Source: Candidatus Bathyarchaeota archaeon (GTDB lineage: Archaea > Thermoproteota > Bathyarchaeia > Bathyarchaeales > Bathycorpusculaceae). From it: a stretch of 64,000 bases of DNA. The stretch's first letter is position 1. The number at the start of each line of letters is the position of its first letter. The stretch covers positions 1 to 64,000 of the forward strand of contig CAVTZU010000024.1 of assembly GCA_963739305.1 (NCBI GenBank). The letters are read 5' to 3'. The notes under the pieces are model-generated. The model had not been told where the DNA came from. It saw only the letters and a program-made list of their open reading frames with translations, and made no database searches. Made by a program: the position numbers and the translations under genes. Shown piece by piece: positions 30,689-41,636 of this stretch.

Positions 30689-31948
30689 CTAACCCGATTC
30701 ATTGAAATGTAACGCCAAGAGAACGGCGTCATAAATGTCCACAGCGCTGTCTCCGTTGATGTCTGCGCTAGGGTTCCAGTACTGATCGCCTGGTTTAGTA
30801 TTATACGCTCTAGCTAAAAGGATGGCGTCATAAATGTCGACGGAACCATCATGGTTCACATCTCCAATTAGCGGCAGATAAAACGTCGTGTTACTCGTTG
30901 CAAGCATATTGTAGTAACTGCACGCACTAACGGTGTAGTGTCCATGGCGTATGTTTCCCGACGGAAACCTGAAGGAGAAATTGTAGGTTCCATCACCCGC
31001 CAACAACAAGACAGAATCAGTAGCCTGAGCTGGTGAGACTACTGGGGACGCGGTTATCGTCAACGTGACTGACCGTTCCGGACAGTACGGGTACCCGCCG
31101 TCTCTAGGAAAGCCAGAAAGCAGGTTCCCATAGATGACGAAAGTCCCAATTATTCCACTATCGGTGATCGACATTGCTTTGAAAAATGTGGAGCTGACCA
31201 TGTTCGAGCCTAAGGTGCCGGACGTGAACCCGAAGCCGAGAGGGGCAGACGTAGAATCATTGAAAACCGAGACTTCCGTCACGTTGTGTGCGTTAATAGG
31301 GTCAAAGTTCTCCCATTCTGCGAATATCCAGACATCCTCGCCTTTCGCGAAGCTGTACTTAGGCACTTGGTTCGGGTCGCAAGAATAGAATCTCGTGAAG
31401 TTGACAACCCAGTTCTGTCCACTGATCAAGCCTGTTGGCCTGGTTCTGAGGTCAAAAAGTGAACCTCCAGGGTCTCTAACCTCGACAGCTACCAGTCCAT
31501 CAGTTACCGGTACGTTGTTCGGAACCCAACTCAGGCTTCCAGTAACATTGACTGTATCCGAAACGCCGTATGTCGCCTTATCTGTCGCAACCGTGACACT
31601 TAGCGTGTTTGTTTGGACGAAGTGAGCAGTAACTGCCTTGTTCCCGTTCATGACGACGAAAGCGGGGTTGCTAGAACCATTCAAGTCCCCACTCCAACCT
31701 AGGAAACTCCAGCCTGGCACAAGAGTGACCAACAACTGGACGACATCATTGGCGTTGTAAGGTCCCGTGGCGTTCGGAGTGACGTAACCCTTACCAGCAA
31801 TCGTTATTGTAAGAGTATAAGTTACCAGCAATATCTTTTGAGAATCAACAGTGTTGAGTGTTGAGGCATTTGCCAACGGAGGTTCCGCAAAGAGAATAGA
31901 AACCACGATGAGAAGCACCATGGGCAACAATATCTTTCGAATCATCAA
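30689..31948 (-). CDS. Secreted surface protein with InlB-B-repeat-like domain and C-terminal dockerin-like domain
   Basis: Signal peptide; PGWSFLGWSGDLNGSSNP..MNGNKAVTAHF; GDVNHDGSVDIYDA...DINGDSAVDIYDA. Confidence 0.8.
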   Translation of the reverse strand: MMIRKILLPMVLLIVVSILFAEPPLANASTLNTVDSQKILLVTYTLTITIAGKGYVTPNATGPYNANDVVQLLVTLVPGWSFLGWSGDLNGSSNPAFVVMNGNKAVTAHFVQTNTLSVTVATDKATYGVSDTVNVTGSLSWVPNNVPVTDGLVAVEVRDPGGSLFDLRTRPTGLISGQNWVVNFTRFYSCDPNQVPKYSFAKGEDVWIFAEWENFDPINAHNVTEVSVFNDSTSAPLGFGFTSGTLGSNMVSSTFFKAMSITDSGIIGTFVIYGNLLSGFPRDGGYPYCPERSVTLTITASPVVSPAQATDSVLLLAGDGTYNFSFRFPSGNIRHGHYTVSACSYYNMLATSNTTFYLPLIGDVNHDGSVDIYDAILLARAYNTKPGDQYWNPSADINGDSAVDIYDAVLLALHFNESG

Positions 31949-32194
31949 AATTCTCCTTGGGACAAAGTACTAAGAGATATGAAAAGGATAAATGCCTTCT
32001 GGAATATTCTTCTAGAACCTTTCATAAACATAATTGATCTGCTCGTTATCGATTATCCAACACCTCAATAACGAAAGCTATAAATGTTCCGAAATAAGGC
32101 CTTCAACGAATAGCATCACATGGTTTTGCAGTCTTCAATGGATTAATAGAGTCTGATTTAGATCGGTCGGAGAGGAAAGTCAAGTTGTTCTTAT

Positions 32195-32467
32195 ATGGAA
32201 TGGCGATACGCAAGACATAAATCAAACACCAAACTCTTCCAGAGTTGTGATACGGGCTTGAGCTTGGATGAAATTGAAGCATTCGCCAGCTACTTGAAGA
32301 CTTGCCCAAAATGCGATTCGAATGAGGGGTTCTGGCTTGTGGCGAACCTTGAAAAGAGTTATGTTCAATGCAAGCATTGCGGTGCCATTCTTGAATTTTG
32401 TGAATTTCTGTCGTCTCGAGACAAAGGGAAAGCTTCTAAAAGCACCTTCAGAAAATTGAAATTCTAA
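32195..32467 (+). CDS. Small Zn-finger protein
   Basis: CPKC...CKHC. Confidence 0.6.
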   Translation: MEWRYARHKSNTKLFQSCDTGLSLDEIEAFASYLKTCPKCDSNEGFWLVANLEKSYVQCKHCGAILEFCEFLSSRDKGKASKSTFRKLKF

Positions 32468-32491
32468 CCTTCCAGGCACCAAGAACAGATA

Positions 32492-33483
32492 CTATGCGGT
32501 TTCTGTTCTATAGCAAGCGACCAGATGGTCAGGTTTGACACGAATGAGTTCTGGTTCCTCCCTCTTGCATTTTTCATCGGCGTATGGACATCTTGGGTTG
32601 AATCGGCAGCCCTTTGGTACGTCTATAGCTGAAGGCACTTCACCTTTGAGTTCAATATTTCTGCGTTTCCTTTCAGGGTTTGGCACAGGAATTGACGACA
32701 TCAGTGCCTGCGATGTACCCATGAATCGGATTTGAGAAGATTTCTTTCTTGTCTCCGACTTCGAAGATCTTTCCGAGGTACATTATTGCTATTGTGTCTG
32801 AAATGTACTTGGCGATTGCTAGATCATGGGTGATGAAGAGATAAGTGAGATCAAGTTCCTTTCTTAGTTCAAGCATGAGGTCTATTATCGTTGTTCTCAA
32901 TGAGACGTCGATCATGGAGACGGGTTCATCTGCGACGATGAATTCAGGGTCGAGAATCAGTGACCTTGCCATCGCAACTCGTTGTCGTTGTCCCCCGCTC
33001 AATTGATGCGGGTACAAATTGATGAATTGTTCAGGAGGTGTTAGACCGACCCTCTGAAGGATTTCTACGACTTTTTGCCTCCCCGCTACACCCTTTGCTA
33101 AATCATGGATTTTCAACGGATGTTCAACGGCTCGACCAACTTTCATTCTTGGATTGAGAGAAGCGTATGGGTCTTGAAAGATGATCTGAAGCTTTCGTCT
33201 GCAAATTCTGAACTCCTCTTTCTTCATTTTGTGTGATGTTCTGTTGGTTGAAGAACGCTCTGCCTGTCGTCGGTTAGAAGGAGTCTCACAACCAACCTGC
33301 CCAGTCATTGATTTTCCGCATCCACTTTCACCGACGAGTGTGAAGACTTCGCGCCCTTTTTGATCGAGAAAGCTTTCGTCGTCCACTGCCTTCACGAACC
33401 ATTACCTGGTCAGCGGCCTCAAGGAAGCTCTTTTCCACGGGGAAATATTTCTTCAGATGTTCAGCACGGAGGCGTTTGGCCAT
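32492..33483 (-). CDS. Oligopeptide ABC ATPase (DppF/OppF-like), multiply frameshifted
   Basis: GESGCGKS, IFQDPYASLNP, LSGGQRQR, IVADEP, C-terminal GCRFNPRCP..HLVAC. Confidence 0.8.
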
Positions 33484-34486
33484 TACTCATTTTCTTTCTT
33501 CCTTGCAAGGTTTAACGTGTTCCCAATGGTTTTCTATTAGTTTTTGAGAAAGCGGTCGTTGCTAGCTTGAGAACGGCATGTGTGGCATGGCAAAGGAACA
33601 TCGAGGCCAGGAGTGGGCATCCGCTCGGCGGGTTGACAAGTAGCCCAAGGCGAGGCCTGAGGATGGCTTAAGCTTGTGGTCGGCGAGTTCGATGTACGAA
33701 ATCGGTTCGGGGAGTCCCCTGCGAGTACGGATGTTGAGTGCTTGAATACAAGTCGAGCACTGGAGGTCTTCAAGCTATTCTTCCAGCATACATTACGATG
33801 ATCGTGCTCAGGCCTTCGAGTACGATGCTCAGGTCATGTGTTATGAATATGAGTGCATTCCATACCTATTCTTCAAAGGCACAAGAAGGTGAAAGATTTT
33901 GGCCTGCACCACCACGTCCAAAGCTGTCGTCGGTTCATCCGCCATGCGAGGCTCGGGTTGGGAGCCAAAGCCAACCCAATCGTTACGCATTCCTCATGCC
34001 TCTTCTCAACTGATGTGGATAATCGTTTATTCGTTCGTGCTGGGTCCCGACAGTCTGAACAGTTGTTTTGCTGGCCAAAGCCTTATTCTTTGTATCTTTA
34101 GGTTAGTGAGTTTGAATGACCTCAATAAAATGATAAATGATTTTCTTGACGGGGTTGAGCGATGTCATTGGATCCTGAAAAATGTAGGAGATCTTCCTGC
34201 CCCTCATGTCTCGTATTTGTTCGATCTTGAGTTTCAGTATGCTTTGTGCCTCGAGAGTTATTTCACCTTTCGTTATTCTGCCTGGGTACGGCACCAGCCG
34301 TATCAAGGACAGTGCTAGAGTGGACTTTCCTGAACCAGATTCTCCGACCACCCCTAGAGTTTCTCCTCTGTCTAGTTCAAAGGACGCGTTTTCAACTGCT
34401 CGTATTTTTCCTCTTCTCGCCCAGTATTCCACCGACAGGTTCTTCACTGTCAGTAAATGGGAGACTTTCGCATTCACAACAGTCAT
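33484..34486 (-). CDS. Oligopeptide ABC ATPase (DppD/OppD-like); 3' two-thirds heavily corrupted by indels
   Basis: GESGSGKS, IFQDPMTSLNP; ITHDLS and IVIMYAG fragments recoverable in shifting frames. Confidence 0.7.
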
Positions 34487-35370
34487 TGCTCAAGCCTCGG
34501 GTTCAGAAGTTCACTCAGTCCCTCGCCCATGAGCGTGAACCCCAATGCCAGGAGTATGATCATGATTCCAGGAAATGTGATGACCCACCACGCCCCACTT
34601 GTTAGAAGTCTTCGTCCGCTGGTCAAGTCATAACCCCAATCTGGAATTGAGACTGGTACTCCTAACCCTATGAATGTTAATCCTGCTGCAGTGAGTATAG
34701 CGTCTGCGAAGTTCACTGTTGCTACGACAACTATTGAGGGCAAAATGTTTGGTAGGATGTATTCAGCGAGAATTATGCGGTTCCTTGCGCCTATCGAGTT
34801 TGCGGCTTCCACGTAGGGCATTTCTTTTATGCTTAAGACCTGACTGCGGATGACTCTGAAGTATGAAGGTATATAGACGACTGCTATTGAAAGAGCCATG
34901 TTCAGAACTCCTCGGCCGAGCATGGCCGAAATCGCGATTGCCAAGACGAGTCCTGGAAAGGCGTAAATGCTGTCTATTATTAACCCAACGAATCTGTCGA
35001 CGACACCTCCAGCATAGGAAGAGAAGAGTCCGAGTGGTACGCCTATCGCCAAGCATACTACAACTGAAAAGAACGCTACCTGGAGCATTATCCCACCGCC
35101 GGACAGAACTCTGCTGAAAATATCTTGCCCAAGGTCATTGGTTCCAAACAGGTGTTGCATGCTTGGAGCGACTAGAATTTCTGGACTGCTCGGAATCGCC
35201 ACGGGATCGTACGGTCGAATCCACGGTGAAATCGCAGTCATTACAATTATTCCGATTACGAATATCGCTCCTAAAATGATGAGCCAACCTGCTAGACCTC
35301 TTTTAGTCAGCGATTTGAGTGCGTTTATCAAGCGCGAGAAAATGCTTCTCTTGGTTTCAGCGCTGCTCAT
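34483..35370 (-). CDS. Peptide ABC permease (DppC/OppC-like)
   Basis: HLFGTNDLGQDIFSRV, EAA motif YVEAANSIGA, PDWG, WWVITFPG. Confidence 0.92.
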   Translation of the reverse strand: MSSAETKRSIFSRLINALKSLTKRGLAGWLIILGAIFVIGIIVMTAISPWIRPYDPVAIPSSPEILVAPSMQHLFGTNDLGQDIFSRVLSGGGIMLQVAFFSVVVCLAIGVPLGLFSSYAGGVVDRFVGLIIDSIYAFPGLVLAIAISAMLGRGVLNMALSIAVVYIPSYFRVIRSQVLSIKEMPYVEAANSIGARNRIILAEYILPNILPSIVVVATVNFADAILTAAGLTFIGLGVPVSIPDWGYDLTSGRRLLTSGAWWVITFPGIMIILLALGFTLMGEGLSELLNPRLEQ

Positions 35371-35379
35371 TATGTCATC

Positions 35380-36414
35380 TCATAGACGAATTCTTGGATC
35401 CAAGTAAGCGTACAGCAGATCCACTGCCAAGCTCACTATCGACACGAAGATTCCAAATACTATCACTGCGCCTTGAATGGCCGTGTAGTCTCGGAAGTTT
35501 ATTCTCTCGACAATATACCTGCCTAGTCCAGGCCAGGAGAACGTTGTTTCTGTCAGTACGGCACCGCCTAGAAGAGCGGCGAATTGTAGCCCCATCATCG
35601 TAAGCACCGGAAGAAAGGCGTTTCTGAGTGCGTAGCCGTAGGTCACTTGGTTCTCTTTAAGTCCTCTGGCTCTTGCCGCGGTCACGAAGTCAAGTCTGAG
35701 AGTCTCAAACATGTTGCTTCTCGTCAACCTTATGAAGACTCCCGAAAGCACTAAGCCAAGCGTGAGTGAGGGAAGAAATAGATAGCGCAACGACTCAATG
35801 AACTTATACACGTTTCCTTCGAGCAGACTATCAACCGTGTAAAGCCCAGTCGAAAAATGAATGCTCCCGATATTGAGGCCTTGCGGAGGTTGTATTAACG
35901 GGCTAAATCGTTGACCAACAGGCAACAAATGCAACCCTATGCCTAGAGTCATTTGAAAAATCATGCCAAGAAAGAATACGGGGATGGCATAGGTTACGAT
36001 CCCGAAGATTCTTATTGCGTGATCTTCCGGTCTGTTGTAGGCTTTGGACGCTTGTACTCCGAGAACTATTCCTAGACCGGCCGCAATTATCATAGAATAG
36101 ATTGCCAGTTCCAGCGTTGCTGGAAAAGCGGAGAAGATCACCTGTCCAATCGAAGAATAGTCCTGCATGGACTTACCAAGATCTCCCCTGAAGAGCCCAA
36201 ACAGGTAGTCGAAGTATTGCTCCCAAAGTGGTTTGTCGAGTCCCAGTTGGTGACGCATTTCTGCGATAGCTGCTGGACTGGCGTTTTTCTCGAAATGAAG
36301 GAGAACAGGGTCACCTGGAAGTACCCTAATCAAAAGGAAAACCATCGTCAGAAGGATCAGTATCATTGGAATCGTGAGTATTATCCGCGAAATGACGTAG
36401 GTGCGCAGGGTCAA
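35380..36414 (-). CDS. Peptide ABC permease (DppB/OppB-like)
   Basis: LPGDP, GLDKP, FVTAARARGL, ETTFSWPGLG, YAYLDPRIR. Confidence 0.93.
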   Translation of the reverse strand: MTLRTYVISRIILTIPMILILLTMVFLLIRVLPGDPVLLHFEKNASPAAIAEMRHQLGLDKPLWEQYFDYLFGLFRGDLGKSMQDYSSIGQVIFSAFPATLELAIYSMIIAAGLGIVLGVQASKAYNRPEDHAIRIFGIVTYAIPVFFLGMIFQMTLGIGLHLLPVGQRFSPLIQPPQGLNIGSIHFSTGLYTVDSLLEGNVYKFIESLRYLFLPSLTLGLVLSGVFIRLTRSNMFETLRLDFVTAARARGLKENQVTYGYALRNAFLPVLTMMGLQFAALLGGAVLTETTFSWPGLGRYIVERINFRDYTAIQGAVIVFGIFVSIVSLAVDLLYAYLDPRIRL

Positions 36415-36466
36415 TTAGCGTCCCTCTCGTTCCTAGGAATTATAAAAAAGGAGAAGATAAGGTTGC

Positions 36467-38134
36467 TTATTGATGTGCGTAGACGAGCCAATTGCGCCAG
36501 TTCTGTGTAATGTCTAAATAGACACCGGTCACATTCAGTGAGGTGACAGCGATTGCTGATCCTTGGTACAGCGGAATCATAGGTGAGTCGGTTACCATTA
36601 GGCTCTGAATCTGTCCATACAGGCTGTTTCTGACCGTGTCGCTTGTGTTGCCTCTGGCCCAGTCTACAAGCTGGTCCATTTGAGGGTCCGCATAGTTCAA
36701 GTGGATCCACAAATTGCCCGAACTGCCCGAATGCAGGAATGGGAAGATGTAGTCGTCTGCGTCTATGTAGTCAGGGTACCATCCCATGATGTATGCAGGC
36801 ATCGATTGGCTTTTTCGAGCACTTCCGAATCCTGCCCAATCCAGGCTCTGAAGGTTGACTGTTATGACGCCGCTTTGTTCGATGGATGATTTGAGGACTT
36901 GCGCTAGTTGAGGGCTTTGCGGATAGTGACCTGACGATTCGTAATACAAATCGAATGTGAGCTTGTGGGCCGCGTTGTATCCAAACGGTGCCAGCAATTC
37001 CTGTGTTCGAGTGTAGTTGGGGTCGCCGAGACTCTGAAAAGCATCGGTGTGTCCAGCCATTCCGATCGGTATGAGGCTGTACAGGTTCTGACCCTGTCCT
37101 TGAAAAGCTGTGTTTACGACTGCTGTTCTGTTTATGGCAGCCCCTACAGCTTGTCTAATGTTGGTTTCATTGAATGGTGCGTACTTTTCTTGGAAGACGA
37201 GATATGATATGAATGCGCCTGTTCCTGTCCAGACCTTGAGGTTTGCGTTATTATTCATCGCGTTTATGTCTGTCACGTCCAGTTGTCGGAAAGCTACGTC
37301 AACTTCTCCGTTTTCCATAGCAAGCGCGAGTGCTGTTGAGTCTGAGTAGAATGTTATTATGATATTCTTGGTTTTTGGAATGCCTGCACCTGCATTCCAG
37401 TAGTTGGGGTTTGCAACGAGCTCCATCTGCGAATCTTTGCCAGCTTTCCGCGTCCAATTGCCTAATGTGTATGGGCCTAAGCCCATGGGGTTGCTAGCCC
37501 TTGGATTTCCTTCAGTGTATAGGGTCTCATCTGTCACGTTCCACGAGCTTCCGTGCATTGGCGCATTCTTCGGGTCCATCATGACACATTCCTGGCCAGC
37601 TATGAGCGATAGGAAAGGCGAGAAGGGAATTTTGAGGTAGAATCTGACAGTGTAAGTGTCGACCACTGTGACGTTTTGGATTATGTCGCTAAAGCCTATG
37701 CCCACGAACGGGCCGTCGGGATCTGCTATGCCCATGTTACGGTCAAAAGTGTACTTGACGTGTGTTGCGTTGAACACAGTTCCGTCGTCGTATTTGACGC
37801 CTTGTCTCAAGATAAAGGTCCATTGCAGGCCATCAGATGAAGTGCTCCAGCTTGTTGCCAAGTCAGCGATTATGTCGCTGGAGCCTGTGGCTCCTGGTCG
37901 GTAGTCGACGAGCCCTGAGCCGAGTGATCTGATTATTTCCCATGAGAAGTAGTCGTATCCGTTTGCGGGGTCTATAGTGGTTTCGACCGAGTCTGTTGTG
38001 CCCATCACCAAAGTGTCCTTTGTCGCGAGGGTTGGTGGCAAGGTGAAGTAGTAGCCGACGACTCCTGCGATGATAATTATGACGATTATTATGCCGACGA
38101 TGACCATTCTGCCAATTGCTTTGTTGCTTTTCAT
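36467..38134 (-). CDS. Peptide ABC substrate-binding protein (family 5)
   Basis: N-terminal TM anchor, DLATSW..DGLQWTFILRQGVKYDDGT, GLGPY, GWYPDY; likely start ATG 38134 after GGTGA. Confidence 0.92.
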   Translation of the reverse strand: MKSNKAIGRMVIVGIIIVIIIIAGVVGYYFTLPPTLATKDTLVMGTTDSVETTIDPANGYDYFSWEIIRSLGSGLVDYRPGATGSSDIIADLATSWSTSSDGLQWTFILRQGVKYDDGTVFNATHVKYTFDRNMGIADPDGPFVGIGFSDIIQNVTVVDTYTVRFYLKIPFSPFLSLIAGQECVMMDPKNAPMHGSSWNVTDETLYTEGNPRASNPMGLGPYTLGNWTRKAGKDSQMELVANPNYWNAGAGIPKTKNIIITFYSDSTALALAMENGEVDVAFRQLDVTDINAMNNNANLKVWTGTGAFISYLVFQEKYAPFNETNIRQAVGAAINRTAVVNTAFQGQGQNLYSLIPIGMAGHTDAFQSLGDPNYTRTQELLAPFGYNAAHKLTFDLYYESSGHYPQSPQLAQVLKSSIEQSGVITVNLQSLDWAGFGSARKSQSMPAYIMGWYPDYIDADDYIFPFLHSGSSGNLWIHLNYADPQMDQLVDWARGNTSDTVRNSLYGQIQSLMVTDSPMIPLYQGSAIAVTSLNVTGVYLDITQNWRNWLVYAHQ

Positions 38135-38344
38135 TCCTTTCACCGTGATAGTATGCATGTGTGCGTTATCAATATAAGATTTTAGTTTCTGAGTGTGACT
38201 AATCGACAATGTGTTCTGTGTTATGCAAACTAACGTTCAGCAACGTTCGTGCTCAATGATAGAGGTGGATCTCGTTTTCATCAACTTTGACGCCACCGTT
38301 CGACATCTTGTTTAATCGCCGATTCATGGCGCGATTTCAGCTTG

Positions 38345-38831
38345 TCAGATGTTTGCTTCTTTGGATTTCTTCCCGCTCATGTACTGAAGGTTGATCCTTC
38401 CTATCGTCGTGTTTTTGAGACGATCCTCGTTGAGGTCAGTTAGAAGTTTTTCAGGATTCTTGTCGATCTGGTTAATCATACATTCCATAGCCTTGGCGCT
38501 TTTCATTGAGGTCTTCTATGAAATCGATTTTCCCTGAAAAGTGAACCGTTGCGTACAAGTGAGTGCACTGTCCTTCGTAATATCCAAAATCCACGAGTGC
38601 CTGCCCCCAGACATTGTTGTTTGCTCTAAGGTAGTGAAGTTTCTTTCCCTCTTTTGCGCAGTGAAAATACAGACAATTTTGTTTCTCATCGTACCCATGG
38701 CTGAGGGATACGAGATAAGGCAGATTGTCCATCGAAAGCGCAATAGTTACGTATTTGGCAGTTGCAAGTATCTTTTTCAAGAGTCGTTGATCAGTTATTT
38801 CCTTGTCTTTGCGCCTCATATGAAATGACAT
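38345..38831 (-). CDS. Pyridoxamine-5'-phosphate-oxidase-like flavin-binding protein (NimA-like), frameshift near 38490
   Basis: MRRKDKEI, PYLVSLSHGY, LYFHCAKEGKK; C-terminus ..MSGKK in another frame. Confidence 0.8.
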
Positions 38832-39008
38832 GCAGGAACATGCGTCTTTGATCACCTATTAATTTTTTGGACTGGGTTCTCCGCCAAAGATCCGTCCTTT
38901 TGAACATTCTAGGTCACTGCAGATCCGAAAAATCAAAACAAGCAACGTTTCGTCTACCTTTAGTCTTAAATAGCACCTCCCACAAAACAGGGCACGAGGC
39001 AAAAAAGC

Positions 39009-39230
39009 ATGAACATGGGGATAACTGCGACCGGCGTAGTGCTTATCATCATAGCTTTGATACTTGGCGCAGTGCAGCATTTTGGCATGTACAACATCTA
39101 CGGAGACGAAAGCAACAAGTGGTACTTCTACGGAATCATCGGAGTAATCGGACTCATTGGCATAATACTTGCAGCATGGGGAGCCATGAAAAAAGAAAAA
39201 CCACCAACGACAACGCCGCCCAAGCAATGA
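39009..39230 (+). CDS. Small two-TM membrane protein
   Basis: Two hydrophobic helices and a basic tail; followed by a T-run. Confidence 0.7.
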   Translation: MNMGITATGVVLIIIALILGAVQHFGMYNIYGDESNKWYFYGIIGVIGLIGIILAAWGAMKKEKPPTTTPPKQ

Positions 39231-39359
39231 CAGCACAGCTTATTCTGGGATCTTTTCCATCAAGTCCCATTTTTTTGTTCAAACATCTTTGGAAAGAAGC
39301 AAATCCTTTGTGCGGGTTCCTAACGTCTTGGAAGACACTTCGAAAAACCAGCGACTAAA

Positions 39360-39453
39360 TGGCGGGCCCGCCGGGAATTGAACCCGGGACCCCCGGATAT
39401 CTCCGCGAATTGCCTAAAAGTCCGGTGCTCTATCCTTACTGAGCTACGGGCCC
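39360..39453 (-). tRNA. tRNA-Lys(TTT) with a 16-nt canonical 37/38 intron (39399-39414)
   Basis: GGGCCCG/CGGGCCC stem, CCGGA-CTTTTA|A-TCCGG, BHB helix CTTT/GGAG, encoded CCA. Confidence 0.95.
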
Positions 39454-39678
39454 CTTCATACCTTGATTGTTCGTTTCTAGAAAGGCTGTGAAGGTGTTTT
39501 TTAGTGTTTCGATTGGTCCCTGAATGCGGCGTTACTAGAGTCACTTCGTACAAGCCAATTTCGGGTTTCAAAGCTCGATTTTTCGACCCTGACTGAAAAG
39601 GAGCGTTTCTAATCAGCCAGCGATATATCTGCATGTTAGCAAAGGTTATTTGCCACTAAGAGGGAAGAAGCATTCACG

Positions 39679-40278
39679 GTGCGTAAATTGATCTCTTGGA
39701 AGCATTCCTTTAGGAGATTGAACGAAGAATACGAAGTGGCTAGGAAAAAAAGACAAGCATTGGACAAATTGCTGAACACGGGCAAGATTTCTCAGTCAAC
39801 CCATGGCATTTTCAACAAGGAAATTGACGATGCCATCGCAGACATAGAGAAACAACAGAAAGTCTTGCTTGAAAAAATGGCTGCAAAAGTGGTTGAACTT
39901 GAAGGACAAGTAAAAACACTCGAGATTCTTCTTGCAAACTTTGAAATCCGCCACGTGACAGGCGAAATAGATGAAGACGCATATCAACGCGAAAATGATT
40001 TACTGACTGTAGGATTAGACGCTGCCAAACAAGAGCTAGAGGAAGTGAAAGATGCAACAGATCAGTTGGCCAGCGGCGATTTCATGATTGACGAACCTGA
40101 ACCAGCACCTCAACAGAACGAGGACGCTCAACCAGAAGTCAAATTCTTAGATGAAACTCCGCCAGCTGAAAATGAGACTGTCAAAGTTGAAGAAGAACCC
40201 GTCGTTGAAACAGTAGTTTGCGCAGAAGCAACAAACCAGGACGCCGAGGAAAAGACTGAAGAAAAACAGCAAACGTAA
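39679..40278 (+). CDS. CdvA-like coiled-coil protein with acidic tail
   Basis: KKRQALDKLLNTGKISQST..LLANFEIRHVTGEIDEDAY resembles the CdvA coiled-coil region; no N-terminal PRC barrel. Confidence 0.7.
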   Translation: MRKLISWKHSFRRLNEEYEVARKKRQALDKLLNTGKISQSTHGIFNKEIDDAIADIEKQQKVLLEKMAAKVVELEGQVKTLEILLANFEIRHVTGEIDEDAYQRENDLLTVGLDAAKQELEEVKDATDQLASGDFMIDEPEPAPQQNEDAQPEVKFLDETPPAENETVKVEEEPVVETVVCAEATNQDAEEKTEEKQQT

Positions 40279-40469
40279 AAGACCAGTCCAACAGCTTGCT
40301 TCCCCTTTTTCTATCTGTCACATTGGATTGCTCGGACACTGTCGAATTGTCCTGGATACTCATCGAGTGAGGAATTCTTGCCTCTGAACGAAAGTCACCG
40401 CTTCATACCTTGAGGCTTTAATATCAGTTCCTATATTCCTATCTCGCGATTGAGCAACGGCGGTTTGGC

Positions 40470-41600
40470 ATGGAAGACATTCAGAAAATTCGCGAGCAGT
40501 TTCCAGTCACTCGGAAAACGATCTACCTCAATCACGCTGCACATTCTCCTCTCCCAAAACCAGTGGCCAAGGCGATTCATCAATACGCGGACGACCTGTG
40601 CAGAAGCGGGATTGCCTCTGTGAAATGCCCGAATTGGGGAAAAAACTGTTTTGCAAGGCTCATTGGGGCTCGAACTGAAGAAATTGCGGTGCTAGGAAAT
40701 ACTTCTGAAGGATTGAACATCGCCGCAAACGTTCTACACTACCCGAAAGGCGCAAAGGTGGTAACAACTGACCTAGAGTTCCCCTCTGCCGTATTTCCCT
40801 GGCTCCGCAAAGGGCTTGGAGTCAAGGTTCAGTACGTAAAGAACGTCAATGGAAGAATTCTATTGGACGACATGGAGAGGGCAGTTGACGACAAGACAGT
40901 CGCAGTCACGATTAGTCACGTAGAATATGCTAACGGTTTCCGCAACAACCTTCGAGTACTAAGCGAGATAGTCCACGAACACGGCGCCTACTTAATCGTC
41001 GACGCAATACAATCAGTGGGAACTATGCCCATAGACGTTCACAGAGATGATGTGGATTTTCTGGCAGCGGCATGCTATAAATGGTTGTTGAGCCCGCCAG
41101 GAGCAGCGTATTTCTATGTCAAGGACGACCTCATCGAAAAGTTCGAACCCCCCTTTACTGGCTGGGCAAGCGTGAAGCCAGAAACATTCGAAACTGCAGA
41201 TTTCTATGGCATTTGGAACATGAACCTTTCGAAAACAGCGAGTCGTTTTGAAGTGGGGTCACTTTCTGAAATCAGTTGTGTGGGCGCGATTGAAGGAATG
41301 AAGATGCTGCTGGACTACGGAACCGAAAACGTGAGGAAAAGAATTGCCAAAGTCACCGACCGTCTGATAGACTCCATTAAAGACCTGGGATTTGAGCTTC
41401 AAACGCCCGAAGATAAGCAATGCCGATCTGGCATCGTCAACTTCATAGTGAAAGAGCCAGAGCAAATCGCTGAAAAACTGAAAAAAAGGAACATAATCGT
41501 CTGTGCCAGGGCAAATGGCTTGAGAATATCACCGCACTTCTACAATACCGAAGAGGAAGTCAGCAGACTTATGGGCGAAGTCAAGAAACTCACTCACTAG
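40470..41600 (+). CDS. PLP-dependent class V aminotransferase (cysteine desulfurase-like)
   Basis: YLNHAA, NTSEG, VDAIQSVG, ACYKWLLSPPG, RISPHFYN. Confidence 0.9.
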   Translation: MEDIQKIREQFPVTRKTIYLNHAAHSPLPKPVAKAIHQYADDLCRSGIASVKCPNWGKNCFARLIGARTEEIAVLGNTSEGLNIAANVLHYPKGAKVVTTDLEFPSAVFPWLRKGLGVKVQYVKNVNGRILLDDMERAVDDKTVAVTISHVEYANGFRNNLRVLSEIVHEHGAYLIVDAIQSVGTMPIDVHRDDVDFLAAACYKWLLSPPGAAYFYVKDDLIEKFEPPFTGWASVKPETFETADFYGIWNMNLSKTASRFEVGSLSEISCVGAIEGMKMLLDYGTENVRKRIAKVTDRLIDSIKDLGFELQTPEDKQCRSGIVNFIVKEPEQIAEKLKKRNIIVCARANGLRISPHFYNTEEEVSRLMGEVKKLTH

Positions 41601-41636
41601 CGAATTATGGCTAACGTTTCTGGCGCGTGATTTCTC

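Noticed and set aside
33537-34318. Several short ORFs suggesting an insertion in the ABC operon
   Set aside because: Fragments of DppD motifs are recoverable on the - strand; this is a corrupted ATPase gene, not an insertion.
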